From an uncultured Pseudomonadales bacterium (lineage in GTDB: Bacteria > Patescibacteriota > Microgenomatia > UBA1400 > MFAQ01), in assembly GCA_964564895.1 (NCBI GenBank), contig CAZMCB010000001.1:19689-83688 (forward strand): a stretch of DNA of 64,000 bases. Reading direction: 5' to 3'. The notes below the pieces were generated by a model. It was not told the DNA's origin and did no database searches. It saw only the letters and a program-made list of their open reading frames with translations. Positions 1 to 9,315 of this stretch are shown piece by piece. Position numbers and translations under genes: made by a program. Numbering within the stretch: the stretch's first letter is position 1; every line of letters starts with the position of its first letter.

Positions 1-603
1 ACAGGCGACACCCATACTGATTTTGCGGGTAACGAAATGGAGTGAACGACGAGGAGACTCGTGATTGAAAAGAATTCCTCCGCAGACAAACATGCCATAA
101 GATTTTCTGTAACAGTCAATCATCATATGAGCATAGGCTTTGGCAATTCCGTAAGGATTGTTGGCAAAGATTGGAGTTTGTTCGTTAGCATGCTCAATTC
201 CTTCGACACCACCAAGGATTTCGCGGGAAGTGGCTTGATATACACGAGCCTTGGGGCAGAAACGTCTGACAGACTCAAAAACACGAAGAGGCCCTATTCC
301 TGTGACTTCAGCGGTGTAGAAAGGATGAGTCCAACTATCAGCAGGAACACTTTGTGCGGCGAAGTTGTAAACCTCATCTGGCTGATATTTGATCATCAAG
401 TGATCAAGAGATGATTGATCAACAAGATCGGCGGCTTCAAGAATTATTTTACCTTTGAGATGTTCGATATTGGGCTGATGAGTAGAGGTGGAGCGGCGAA
501 TTGTACCTACAATTTTGTATCCTTTTTCGAGAAGAAAGTCCGCGAGGTAGCTTCCATCTTGAGAAGTAACTCCGACAATTAGTGCAACTTTGGGTTGGGT
601 CAT
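1..603 (-). CDS. gmd: GDP-mannose 4,6-dehydratase. Only the N-terminal ~200 aa are in the window; the gene runs off the window start.
   Basis: My own minus-strand translation from the ATG at 601-603 reads MTQPKVALIVGVTSQDGSYLADFLLEKGYKIVGTIRR...QPDEVYNFAAQS...ILFNHESPRR. The Rossmann GxxGxxG, the QPDE(I/V)YNL-like motif and LFNHESPRR are diagnostic of GMD. It is absent from the ORF track because the frame is open to position 1. The + strand ORF 61..414 is its antisense shadow. Confidence 0.8.
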   Translation of the reverse strand, partial: MTQPKVALIVGVTSQDGSYLADFLLEKGYKIVGTIRRSTSTHQPNIEHLKGKIILEAADLVDQSSLDHLMIKYQPDEVYNFAAQSVPADSWTHPFYTAEVTGIGPLRVFESVRRFCPKARVYQATSREILGGVEGIEHANEQTPIFANNPYGIAKAYAHMMIDCYRKSYGMFVCGGILFNHESPRRSLHFVTRKISMGVAC

Positions 604-627
604 GGTTTATTTTACTAGATATTTTTA

Positions 628-1374
628 TTAATTCTTCTTCATTACAGAGAATATGGAGATTCCAAAAGGGTAATTTATCTGCTTCATCAGCCTTATTTCA
701 TTTACAAAAATGAAAGTTAGTAGTTTATTGATTATATTATTGTTCGCGACGTCATAATTGAGGTTTGAATCAAAGTCTCCTAGCTTGGAAAATGGTTTAA
801 TTCGACTTAAAAGACGTATTGCAACGATAGCTGGAGATAGAAAGAAATTGAAATAACTAATTTTCTCGATTTTCATTTTAGTTTTTTTTGCAAGAGACCT
901 AACCTTTCTTCGGACATAGCGTCGGAAGTGCCCTTGTTGAGCATCGTGCTCTGACCAAAGAAACTGAAGAGCAGGAACGGTCATGATAATTTTACCGTTT
1001 CTTTTCAATACTCTTTTTGCTTCACCAAGAACACTGGAATCATCCTTAATGTGTTCAAGCACATCAAGAAGTAAAACATAATCAAAAGTTTCATCTTTAA
1101 AGGGAAGTGTTTCAGCTTCAACTCTGATTATTTGTTTATGTCCTCGATTCTTTGCATATTCAACGGCCACAGATGAACTATCTACACCGTACAAATCAGG
1201 GTGAGAGAGATGATTATTGAGAAATGTAAGCGTCTCTCCTGTTCCACAACCAATATCTAGTATTTTAAGATTTCTTTCTTTTTTTATTTCTTGTCGGAGA
1301 ATCTCCCGACGACCTTCCCACCACCAGTGATGTTTTTCGATTCGATTGAAATGTCCTAATAATTTTTCGTCCAT
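628..1374 (-). CDS. Class I SAM-dependent methyltransferase
   Basis: Has the LDIGCGTGETL glycine-rich SAM motif and an acidic loop (GVDSS). It is about 250 aa, typical of Methyltransf_11/23 proteins. Confidence 0.75.
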   Translation of the reverse strand: MDEKLLGHFNRIEKHHWWWEGRREILRQEIKKERNLKILDIGCGTGETLTFLNNHLSHPDLYGVDSSSVAVEYAKNRGHKQIIRVEAETLPFKDETFDYVLLLDVLEHIKDDSSVLGEAKRVLKRNGKIIMTVPALQFLWSEHDAQQGHFRRYVRRKVRSLAKKTKMKIEKISYFNFFLSPAIVAIRLLSRIKPFSKLGDFDSNLNYDVANNNIINKLLTFIFVNEIRLMKQINYPFGISIFSVMKKN

Positions 1375-1412
1375 TTGTTGATTTTAAACATATCTATATC
1401 AATATAACCACC

Positions 1413-2615
1413 CTATTTGGCTACATGCCACCAAGGTTGAATCCAAAAATATGAAACCATGAGGCAAAATTGGAATACTAACAAAAGTAGGATAACTCGA
1501 AAATGCCACTTCCCAAATTTGGAAAATTCGGATAAACCTAGCGCATATGGAACAATAACACCAAAGGTATAAAAAGCTTTTAGAACATAGTCATAAGGAA
1601 TATAGATACTGTATTGAACTAAAGAGGCTAGGGCGATAAATAGATATGAAAATAATATTAGCCCTGTCACCTTATCTATTATAAGTAATTTGATTAGGCC
1701 AATAAAAGACATGATCAACAAAGGAAAGCCCAACAGCCAGAGACTGAAGGCTTTTTTGTGAAAAGGCACTACAGGAACTGTGGAGTATTCTCCATCATGC
1801 CAAAGCGTATTCCACAGACCTCCAGAAAATGAATACTTTCGAGCGTTAAAGATGTCTGCTTTAAAAATCCAGTCCAATCTAGTAAAAAACACAAAATCTC
1901 TTTTGGCTCCCTCACCGCCCATTGTGGCAATGTCTGGAGCCATAACCAATGGTTTCCCATACAAAGAGTTGTTTCTAATTAGAATTGGTGAAATCAATAA
2001 AAGAATAAACGCACCGGACAAGAATATTGTTTTAATTTTCTGAGTAAGAGAAATATTGCGATTTAGGAATATTGCCAAAATTAGAATTGGAATCAAGCTT
2101 AGCGATGTATATTTGGTATAGAAACCAAGGGCAATTACTAAAGTGGAGAAAAATATTTGTTTGAAAAAATCTCTCGGTTTTATTAATTTTGGAATGTTTA
2201 AAATCAGAAACAAAGAAAGGACAATCCACATACCAGACATAAACTCATTGGTGATTTGGGGAGCGAGATAGTTGGCCATAGGTAAACTCAAGAGGGCTAA
2301 GGTGGAAACTGTAGATTTGGAGAGTCTATAAACAATAATGGAAAGTGCAATAAAGACAAAAAAATTAAGAAATTGAGGATTTACGGAAACTGATTCAAAA
2401 ACAGCGCCAGCAGTATAGTACAGAGGGGTCTGAAGAAATTCCCAGTCTTGATATCCATTTGGTAAATTGTGATTGGTAGCTATCCAAGAAATATATGCTT
2501 GATGATCTAGCCCATCGAAACCAAAATCTGGATTGTAATGGGTGATATTGTGGAAATGAAAAACCAGAGAAACTAGAAAGATGAAACCAAGGAATATCTT
2601 CTCAATTTTCTTCAT
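1413..2615 (-). CDS. Polytopic membrane protein, putative GT-C glycosyltransferase (PMT_2/ArnT-like)
   Basis: 400 aa with more than 10 hydrophobic helices and no soluble domain. Its architecture matches the neighbouring ArnT/PMT-like genes. Confidence 0.45.
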   Translation of the reverse strand: MKKIEKIFLGFIFLVSLVFHFHNITHYNPDFGFDGLDHQAYISWIATNHNLPNGYQDWEFLQTPLYYTAGAVFESVSVNPQFLNFFVFIALSIIVYRLSKSTVSTLALLSLPMANYLAPQITNEFMSGMWIVLSLFLILNIPKLIKPRDFFKQIFFSTLVIALGFYTKYTSLSLIPILILAIFLNRNISLTQKIKTIFLSGAFILLLISPILIRNNSLYGKPLVMAPDIATMGGEGAKRDFVFFTRLDWIFKADIFNARKYSFSGGLWNTLWHDGEYSTVPVVPFHKKAFSLWLLGFPLLIMSFIGLIKLLIIDKVTGLILFSYLFIALASLVQYSIYIPYDYVLKAFYTFGVIVPYALGLSEFSKFGKWHFRVILLLLVFQFCLMVSYFWIQPWWHVAK

Positions 2616-2749
2616 GACTAAACAAAGTTAAGGCGATGATATAAAACACAGTAAAACTAATGATTAAAAATATTGTCTCTGGGCGGAGCCCCCTCGCACT
2701 TCGATATCCATAATCAATTCCGGAAAGTACTAAGGCAATAATGAAGGGT

Positions 2750-4285
2750 TTAAATAATTTCATAGAGATAAAAATTATCTTGATTGAGAATAAGCTTTAC
2801 ACCTTTAAGTTTTTCTAGAATCAAACCCTCATTACAGTTCATTGAGTGGTTTGTTATGATGTATTGCGTTTTGTCTGTAATGTTATTTTTAATAGTGTTT
2901 TTTATAATAGCTAATAGTATTTGAGCTTCTGTAACATCTTTTTCAGTAAGTAGCTTTGCATAAGCGACATCTGCAGATTCGTTGTATTCTCCTACCTTTA
3001 CTACTCCACACGCTATGAAATAATCTCCTGCCATAATGGAATAGTCATCGAGATAGTAACTTGCCCAGTAGTAGTTACTGCTCGGAAGTAATAAATAAGA
3101 ACTTTCCTTGGGGGCAAGTTTTTCAATATTTTGATAAAAAGAAACCTCTGTTTCATTTATTAAGACAGGTCCGCGGGATAGAATTCTGGTGTCGGCTGAG
3201 AGATATATAAATAGTAAGGGTAAAACAGAAAGTACTTTATAAATATTTCCTTTTTTAAATAACGATAAAAAGACTGCATAAAAAATAAATGTTGAAAGAG
3301 TGACAAGACCCACAAATCTCTCTGGCAAGAAATTCAAACCGATGAGTGGTTGAAAAGTAAATAATGCACCAATAATGAAAAGCGCCAGGGGTAGAGCAAA
3401 TTTTCTTCGATTTGTTTTAATCTCTTTTCTTTTGATGAATAAGACGATTACAGAAAATAAAAGAAAATATACTAACCAATATTTACCCGTTTCTTCTAAA
3501 AATGTTTTTTGAATTCTTTCGGCCTCATCCCCAAGAATCATAGGTTGAGAGGGAAAGATAATTTTAATTTTTTCAGCAATTGGGCTGATGATGGAAGAGG
3601 ATGCCATAGCTGTAAACGGAGGCAAAGATACTGGAAAGTAACGAATTATTTGGCAAAATCCAATTGCACAGGAAATAATTAGGACAATAACGGCCTTCTT
3701 GAGTGTTTTGATTTTGTTTTGATCAAGAATTATTTTGAGTAGAAAATAGAGGCCAACAACCAATCCATACGCCACTGAAGAAAAGTTGTGAACATAGAAT
3801 ATCAATCCCAAAACAAGTCCTAATAATATATTTTTAAAGCGAAATTCTTTACTAGTTTCTATAGCAAAAAAAGCAAACAGAATGATAAAGCTGGTGTAAT
3901 TGGCAAATAACATATATGCATAGCCAAGAAGATATGGAGAAATAATCACTGCTGACGCAAGAGCTACTGCAGTAAGGCGTGACTTGGTCAGATTAGTCAT
4001 TAATTTAGTCAGAAGTATGACGATAATCATGGAAATTATGGTAATAGCCGCGCGATATGCCATCATTGGATCTAAATTAAATATTCTAGAAATAAGTGCG
4101 GGGAAGGCTATCACTAGATAGCGATCTAAGAGGGAATAACTGATAACGTTTGGATTACTAAGGGCAAAATCACGAATGGCAGAAAGATAGAATGGTGTGT
4201 CAAAACCAGGAAGAAAAGGTTTAATCCAGAAAAAATTTATTGAAAGAAGAAATGAAAGAATTATTGGCAGCAAACTAATCACCAT
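2750..4285 (-). CDS. Polytopic membrane protein with a C-terminal extracytoplasmic domain, GT-C-like
   Basis: The ORF-track start at 4408 would overlap the epimerase by 134 nt. The internal Met (MVISLLPIILSF...) at 4285 gives an 11-nt overlap and starts at the first TM helix. Multiple TM helices are followed by a ~170-aa hydrophilic C-terminus. Confidence 0.45.
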   Translation of the reverse strand: MVISLLPIILSFLLSINFFWIKPFLPGFDTPFYLSAIRDFALSNPNVISYSLLDRYLVIAFPALISRIFNLDPMMAYRAAITIISMIIVILLTKLMTNLTKSRLTAVALASAVIISPYLLGYAYMLFANYTSFIILFAFFAIETSKEFRFKNILLGLVLGLIFYVHNFSSVAYGLVVGLYFLLKIILDQNKIKTLKKAVIVLIISCAIGFCQIIRYFPVSLPPFTAMASSSIISPIAEKIKIIFPSQPMILGDEAERIQKTFLEETGKYWLVYFLLFSVIVLFIKRKEIKTNRRKFALPLALFIIGALFTFQPLIGLNFLPERFVGLVTLSTFIFYAVFLSLFKKGNIYKVLSVLPLLFIYLSADTRILSRGPVLINETEVSFYQNIEKLAPKESSYLLLPSSNYYWASYYLDDYSIMAGDYFIACGVVKVGEYNESADVAYAKLLTEKDVTEAQILLAIIKNTIKNNITDKTQYIITNHSMNCNEGLILEKLKGVKLILNQDNFYLYEII

Positions 4286-5255
4286 CTTTACATAATAAAT
4301 TATTCGCCCAGCTTCGATTTTCAAGATACCATTCAACACTATTTTTAATTCCTTCTTCAAAGGATATTGATGGTTCCCATCCGAATAATTCCTTAGCCTT
4401 ATTTCCATTTGCTAAAGTATCTTTCATGTCAGCTTTTGAAAAAGCTTGGTATTCCACATTAGCTTTTTTACCTGAATATTTTTCTATTAAAGTAATTAAA
4501 TCTTTAAGTGAATACGACGCCAAGCCTCCACCCAAGTTGGTTATTTCGTAACCGACAGGTTTTAATGCCGAAATGGTGCCTCTAGCAATATCGTCAACAT
4601 AGGTAAAATCACGGGTTTGTGTCCCGTCGCCATTTACAGTTATCGGTTTGCCTTCAACAATATTATTAATGAATTTGAAAATAACCATATCTGGTCTTCC
4701 TGCCGGACCATAAACAGTGAAATAACGAACAATACTTATATCTAATCCATATAAATAATGATATGTATAAGCCATTACTTCAGCAGATTTTTTTGAAGCT
4801 GCGTATGGTGAAATTGGAGTATTTACGGGTAATGTCTCTAGAAAAGGCATCTCCTGCCCAGCGTATAAGGATGAAGTAGAAGCAAGAACCATTTTTTTGA
4901 CATCATATTTATTCATTAAATCCAATAGGTTTAGGGTTCCGATTGCATTTGTCCTCATATAGACAAAGGGGTCCTTCATGCTATATCTCACTCCTGCTCT
5001 GGCTGCCAAATTAATTACTCCATCAATTTTATTGTTTTTGAATATATTTTCTAAATCTTCGATATTTTCTATATCAATTTTTTCGAACTTAAAATTATTG
5101 TCTTTTTTAAGCAAATTCAAACGATGCTCCTTCAATTTAACATCGTAATAATCATTCATATTATCAACACCCAAGACTGTATCTCCACGCTTTAATAGCT
5201 GCTCACACACCTTGTGTCCAATAAATCCCGAGGAACCCGTGACTAATATATTCAT
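4275..5255 (-). CDS. NAD-dependent nucleotide-sugar epimerase/dehydratase (UDP-glucuronate / UDP-GlcNAc 4-epimerase family)
   Basis: MNILVTGSSGFIGHKVCEQLLKRGDTVLGVDN is an extended-SDR Rossmann motif. The YAASKKSAE YxxxK catalytic motif is present. 326 aa. Confidence 0.8.
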   Translation of the reverse strand: MNILVTGSSGFIGHKVCEQLLKRGDTVLGVDNMNDYYDVKLKEHRLNLLKKDNNFKFEKIDIENIEDLENIFKNNKIDGVINLAARAGVRYSMKDPFVYMRTNAIGTLNLLDLMNKYDVKKMVLASTSSLYAGQEMPFLETLPVNTPISPYAASKKSAEVMAYTYHYLYGLDISIVRYFTVYGPAGRPDMVIFKFINNIVEGKPITVNGDGTQTRDFTYVDDIARGTISALKPVGYEITNLGGGLASYSLKDLITLIEKYSGKKANVEYQAFSKADMKDTLANGNKAKELFGWEPSISFEEGIKNSVEWYLENRSWANNLLCKDGD

Positions 5256-5426
5256 TATTTTTATTATACCTATACTTAAATAGTATACTTATAAAGCTTG
5301 TCGAGTTTGTTTTATTGATAATGCATATATATGTATAAAATTAAATATTGTGTTTTTATGATTTCAATTAAAAAGTGGACCATATCATTTCTTGAATCTA
5401 TTTACACGAAGGTTTTTAAGCGCGAA
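5256..5426. promoter_or_regulatory. Divergent promoter region between the epimerase operon (-) and the flippase operon (+)
   Basis: A 170-nt, very AT-rich spacer with several TATAAT/TATACT-like hexamers between divergently transcribed genes. Exact -35/-10 boxes are not assignable. Confidence 0.3.
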
Positions 5427-6662
5427 ATGAGTGATAATGTGCGTACGTTTCTTAAAAATTTGTCTTTGTCAATTTTTGGAGGTGGAATCGCATCGGCTGC
5501 AATGATGGTAATAAATATTGGGGCAGGTAGAATGTTGGGTCCAAGTGGGTATGGAGAATATGGACTAGTTTTAGCAATCAGTCAAATTTTTATGGTTCCA
5601 ATAGTGCTTGGGCTTGATGTATCAGGAGTAAGGGCAATATCTTCCGTTGAATCAAGAAGGGAGAAATCATTAAATATTTCCAGTGTATTTCACTTTGTTG
5701 GTTTATCGTCTATAGTATTTATTTTTTTATATTTAGTGTTCAATAATTTTGTTTCAAAAATACTCAACATTGACAGAACAATTTTATTAATGTCGGCCAT
5801 ATATGCAATTGTTACTTCTTTTAAGGTAATTTCAGATAGTTTTGTACGAGCACTTTTACTATTTAAAACTCAGTTGTTTGCACGACTTGTGGAAATGATT
5901 ACAATCATCTTTCTTTTTTCGTTGTTCTTTTTAGTAATCGAAAAACAAAATTATACGAATTATTTAATTTCAATATTGGGAGGTTCAATTGTGTTTTGTA
6001 TTATATTGCTAGCTAAGTACTTACCATACCTAACTAAGTTTGATTTTAGTTACTTAAAAAAACAACTCTCATATAGTTCGGTTTTGTTGTTTGGTTCAAT
6101 CTTAGGAGCAATATATAATGTTCTAGAAAAAATGGTAATAGCTAGGTACTTGAGTGTTTTTGACTTAGGGATATATCTTGCATATTTCACCGCATCCTTA
6201 GGAATGATTGCACAATTAACACAAATGTTTGTTAATGTATTTTTTCCTTCAATAACAAAATCATCTAACAGATCTGTTTATTTAAAAGTTGAGAAAATTT
6301 TTCTTTCTCTATTTTTTCCGACATTATTATTAATATCTTGTCTGATATTTATAATAATCAATTTTTTTGGCAAAACATATGGAATGAATTATTATTATGT
6401 ATTCGGTTTTGGATTATTGGCTACAATGCAAATGCTGTTAGGAATAAATTACTATATTTTTGCTTCTTCCTCAAAAAAACTATATTTTACATATGTTAAA
6501 TATGTTGGTGCAATAAATTTTCTCCAGTTACTTGCATACGGAGCTATGATTTATTTTGATATCGTTTCAATTGATTTAATAATAGTAGTGTCAATGGTAA
6601 ATTCAATCGCAAACATTACATTTCAAAGGAAACTGATAATGAATAAGGATATTATGATATAA
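5427..6662 (+). CDS. Wzx-like oligosaccharide flippase (MOP superfamily, polysaccharide biosynthesis protein)
   Basis: The N-terminus NLSLSIFGGGIASAAMMVINIGAGRMLGPSGYGEYGLV matches the Wzx N-terminal pattern (...ARxLGPxxxGxY). About 12 TM helices. Start taken at M33 (5427); the ORF track extends to 5331. Confidence 0.65.
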   Translation: MSDNVRTFLKNLSLSIFGGGIASAAMMVINIGAGRMLGPSGYGEYGLVLAISQIFMVPIVLGLDVSGVRAISSVESRREKSLNISSVFHFVGLSSIVFIFLYLVFNNFVSKILNIDRTILLMSAIYAIVTSFKVISDSFVRALLLFKTQLFARLVEMITIIFLFSLFFLVIEKQNYTNYLISILGGSIVFCIILLAKYLPYLTKFDFSYLKKQLSYSSVLLFGSILGAIYNVLEKMVIARYLSVFDLGIYLAYFTASLGMIAQLTQMFVNVFFPSITKSSNRSVYLKVEKIFLSLFFPTLLLISCLIFIIINFFGKTYGMNYYYVFGFGLLATMQMLLGINYYIFASSSKKLYFTYVKYVGAINFLQLLAYGAMIYFDIVSIDLIIVVSMVNSIANITFQRKLIMNKDIMI

Positions 6663-6755
6663 AATCGACTATATTGTTGCATGGCAATCTTATATGGTGC
6701 GTGTTAACATTAAAATAAATTATCACCAAGTATCATCTTATTTACCTGAAAAGAT

Positions 6756-7940
6756 ATGAATGTAAAAAAATGTAGAATGTGTGGATCCCCAAAACTTTGG
6801 GAATGGCTTGATCTTGGGCACCATCCACATTCAGACCAGTTTAAAACATCGAGAGACGTAGAAGAAAAGACATACCCTCTTCGAGTTTGTTTATGTGAGA
6901 AATGTGGATTAAATCAACTAACCTATGTAGTTGACAAAGAAGAACTTTATGCAAAAGACTACCTCTATGAATCTTCAATTACGAAGACTGGTAATTCTCA
7001 CTGGGAAGAATTCGCCGATACAGTCCTAAAGAATGTAAAAATGCCTAAAGATGGTCTCGTTGTAGATATAGGTTCAAATGATGGTACTTTATTAATGAAG
7101 TTCCAAGCAAGAGGGTTTGATGTTCTTGGAATAGATCCCACTCCAGAGGTTACCGAAATTGCTAGGCAAAGAGGCATCCCAACAATCACAGATTTTTTCT
7201 GTAAACGAGCGATAAAGGGAAAGAGAGCAGAGTTGGTCGTTGGCACAAATGTATTTGCCCACATAGACGATTTGGATGATTTTATGAATAACATTTCTGA
7301 ATTACTTACCGAAAACGGAACCTTTGTTTTCGAATCTCCGTATTTTGCCGACTTTCTAGAAGGACTCGAGTATGACACGGTGTACCATCAGCATCTTTCC
7401 TATCTTTCGCTTAAGCCAATTATAAATTTTTTAGAAAAGTTTCAGATGGAGGTTTACGACATTAATCGCGTTGGTATTCATGGGGGTGGCTTCCGTGTAT
7501 ACATTTCTCGAAAGGGCAAATTTGAGATTAAACCAATTGTTAAGGAGATGATAGAATCGGAGTGTTGGGATAAAAAAGATCTAATTAAATTTGCAGTTGA
7601 TACAAAGAATAATCGTGATGAGCTTTTTGAATTAATATATTCGTTATACAAACAACGAAAAACAATAGCTGTGGTATCTACTCCAGCAAAAGGTATGACT
7701 CTACTTAATTACAGTGGAATTGGAAAATATATATCATTTGCAACCGACAAATCAAAATTAAAACAAGGAAGATATACTCCAGGAACTTTTATTAAAATAT
7801 ATTCTGATGATGAGCTATTAAGTAAACAGCCAGATTATGCATTACTCTTGGCTTGGAACTTTGGTAAGGAAATTATTAAAAATAATAGTGGTTATAAGGG
7901 AAAATGGATTATCCCGATACCAAAAATACAAATAATATGA
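6756..7940 (+). CDS. NDP-hexose C-methyltransferase (TylCIII/TcaB9-like; Methyltransf_13/14 architecture)
   Basis: N-terminal Cys4 zinc ribbon (CRMCGS...CEKCG), a central SAM motif VVDIGSNDGTLL, and a C-terminal ~120-aa domain. This three-part layout is typical of sugar C-3/C-methyltransferases. Confidence 0.65.
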   Translation: MNVKKCRMCGSPKLWEWLDLGHHPHSDQFKTSRDVEEKTYPLRVCLCEKCGLNQLTYVVDKEELYAKDYLYESSITKTGNSHWEEFADTVLKNVKMPKDGLVVDIGSNDGTLLMKFQARGFDVLGIDPTPEVTEIARQRGIPTITDFFCKRAIKGKRAELVVGTNVFAHIDDLDDFMNNISELLTENGTFVFESPYFADFLEGLEYDTVYHQHLSYLSLKPIINFLEKFQMEVYDINRVGIHGGGFRVYISRKGKFEIKPIVKEMIESECWDKKDLIKFAVDTKNNRDELFELIYSLYKQRKTIAVVSTPAKGMTLLNYSGIGKYISFATDKSKLKQGRYTPGTFIKIYSDDELLSKQPDYALLLAWNFGKEIIKNNSGYKGKWIIPIPKIQII

Positions 7941-8281
7941 TACATAAAACCCATAAGGATGAAAGAGGTATTATAAAAGATTTAATAATTGGAAAAGAAG
8001 GTGCGGCTACATATATTACGTTTGAAAAAGGAGCTATTCGAGGGAATCATCTTCATAAAAAAACCGTTCAGCATGATTTCATTCTTTCCGGAAGACTTAT
8101 ATGTTATTCAGGAGATAAAAAAATTATTCTTAAATCAGGAGAAATTATTACCCACTTAGCCAATGTTCCTCATGCTTATAAAGCTATTGAAAAATCAGAA
8201 ATGATCTCTTTAGTAAGTGGTCCAAGAAAAGGTGAAGATTATTCTCTAGATATGTACAAATTAATAAAACCTTTGGTATGA
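7937..8281 (+). CDS. Cupin-fold NDP-4-keto-6-deoxyhexose 3,4-ketoisomerase (FdtA/QdtA/WxcM-like)
   Basis: About 114 aa with RGNHLHKK, which matches the RGxHAH(K) active-site motif of FdtA-type isomerases. ATGA start/stop overlaps link it to the upstream and downstream genes. Confidence 0.55.
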   Translation: MIHKTHKDERGIIKDLIIGKEGAATYITFEKGAIRGNHLHKKTVQHDFILSGRLICYSGDKKIILKSGEIITHLANVPHAYKAIEKSEMISLVSGPRKGEDYSLDMYKLIKPLV

Positions 8282-9279
8282 GATGTTCAAGGCCGTCTGT
8301 TACAGAACTAGAAAAAAAGTTCGTCAACGAAGCTCTTGATTTAGGTGATATTGGCGTAGGAGAATTTATCTCTAAATTTGAGACATCCTGGGCGACATGG
8401 AACAAAAAAAAATATGGGGTTTCTTGTAATTCCGGAACAAATGCTATTTACCTTGCTTTGAAGGCTCTTAAAATTGGTCCGGGGGACGAAGTGATTGTTC
8501 CAGAGTTTACTATGATAGCTACTGCATGGGCTGTGTCATATACTGGAGCAAAACCGGTTTTTGTTGATTGTGGTGATGATCTCAATATGCTCGATACTTT
8601 TACGGTTACTGAAAAGACAAAAGCAATTATTACGGTTCCAATATATGGGAGAAAAGTTAAGGAAAGTGTGTATGCAAAAGCAAGAAATAATAATCTGTAT
8701 ATCATTGAAGACATGGCTGAAGCTCACGGAATAAATCCTAGAGGAGATATTGCCTGTTATTCATTCTATGGAAATAAAATTATTACCACAGGAGAAGGCG
8801 GTATGTGTATTACCGATAATGAGATGTGGGCATCAGAGATGCGGCTTTATGCAAATATGTACTTTGACAAAGAACGAAAAATGCTTCATCCCAAAATCGG
8901 TCATAATTTTCGTATGACAAACTTACAGGCAGCTTTCGGTTTGGCACAAGTGATGAGGATCGAAGAAATTCTAGCAAAAAGACGCCAAATTGAAAAGTGG
9001 TATGACACCTATATTCCAAGTAAAATGAAGATGCCTAAACGTGATGTTTTGTGGATGTATGATATTGATTGCGGTGATAAACAAGAGGAATATAAAAGTA
9101 AACTTGGAGAGATTGAGTCAAGATACTTTTTCAAACCAATGAGTATGCAACCAATGTACCTCGGAAAATATGATAATTTAAACGCATATAGGTGGTCTAA
9201 AAGAGGGCTGTATCTTCCAACATTTACCGATATGACCGAAGATGAAGTAAAAAATGTGTGCGAAAAATTATATAATTAG
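8278..9279 (+). CDS. DegT/DnrJ/EryC1/StrS-family PLP-dependent sugar aminotransferase
   Basis: SGTNAIYLALKALKIGPGDEVIVPEFTMIATA matches the AAT-I fold. YGNKIITTGEGGM contains the PLP lysine. Confidence 0.8.
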   Translation: MRCSRPSVTELEKKFVNEALDLGDIGVGEFISKFETSWATWNKKKYGVSCNSGTNAIYLALKALKIGPGDEVIVPEFTMIATAWAVSYTGAKPVFVDCGDDLNMLDTFTVTEKTKAIITVPIYGRKVKESVYAKARNNNLYIIEDMAEAHGINPRGDIACYSFYGNKIITTGEGGMCITDNEMWASEMRLYANMYFDKERKMLHPKIGHNFRMTNLQAAFGLAQVMRIEEILAKRRQIEKWYDTYIPSKMKMPKRDVLWMYDIDCGDKQEEYKSKLGEIESRYFFKPMSMQPMYLGKYDNLNAYRWSKRGLYLPTFTDMTEDEVKNVCEKLYN

Positions 9280-9315
9280 CAATTTAATATTTGCTTTGAA
9301 TCGCATAAAAATCAA

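Noticed and set aside
61-414. 117-aa plus-strand ORF at the window start
   Set aside because: It lies entirely antisense to the gmd coding region (minus strand, 1-603), which has strong family motifs. The translation is low-complexity with no motif, so it is a shadow ORF.
4275-4408. 134-nt overlap between the epimerase gene and the ORF-track start of the upstream membrane protein
   Set aside because: This is most likely an over-extended start call. An internal Met at 4285 begins exactly at the first TM helix and reduces the overlap to 11 nt.
6998-7378. 126-aa minus-strand ORF inside the C-methyltransferase gene. Similar internal or antisense ORFs occur at 1769-2229, 8184-8727, 10695-10988, 11428-11706, 21115-21534, 49656-49874 and 60738-61148.
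   Set aside because: All are fully nested within longer ORFs that carry recognisable domain motifs. They have Ser/Arg/Cys-rich or low-complexity translations typical of antisense frames in AT-rich DNA.
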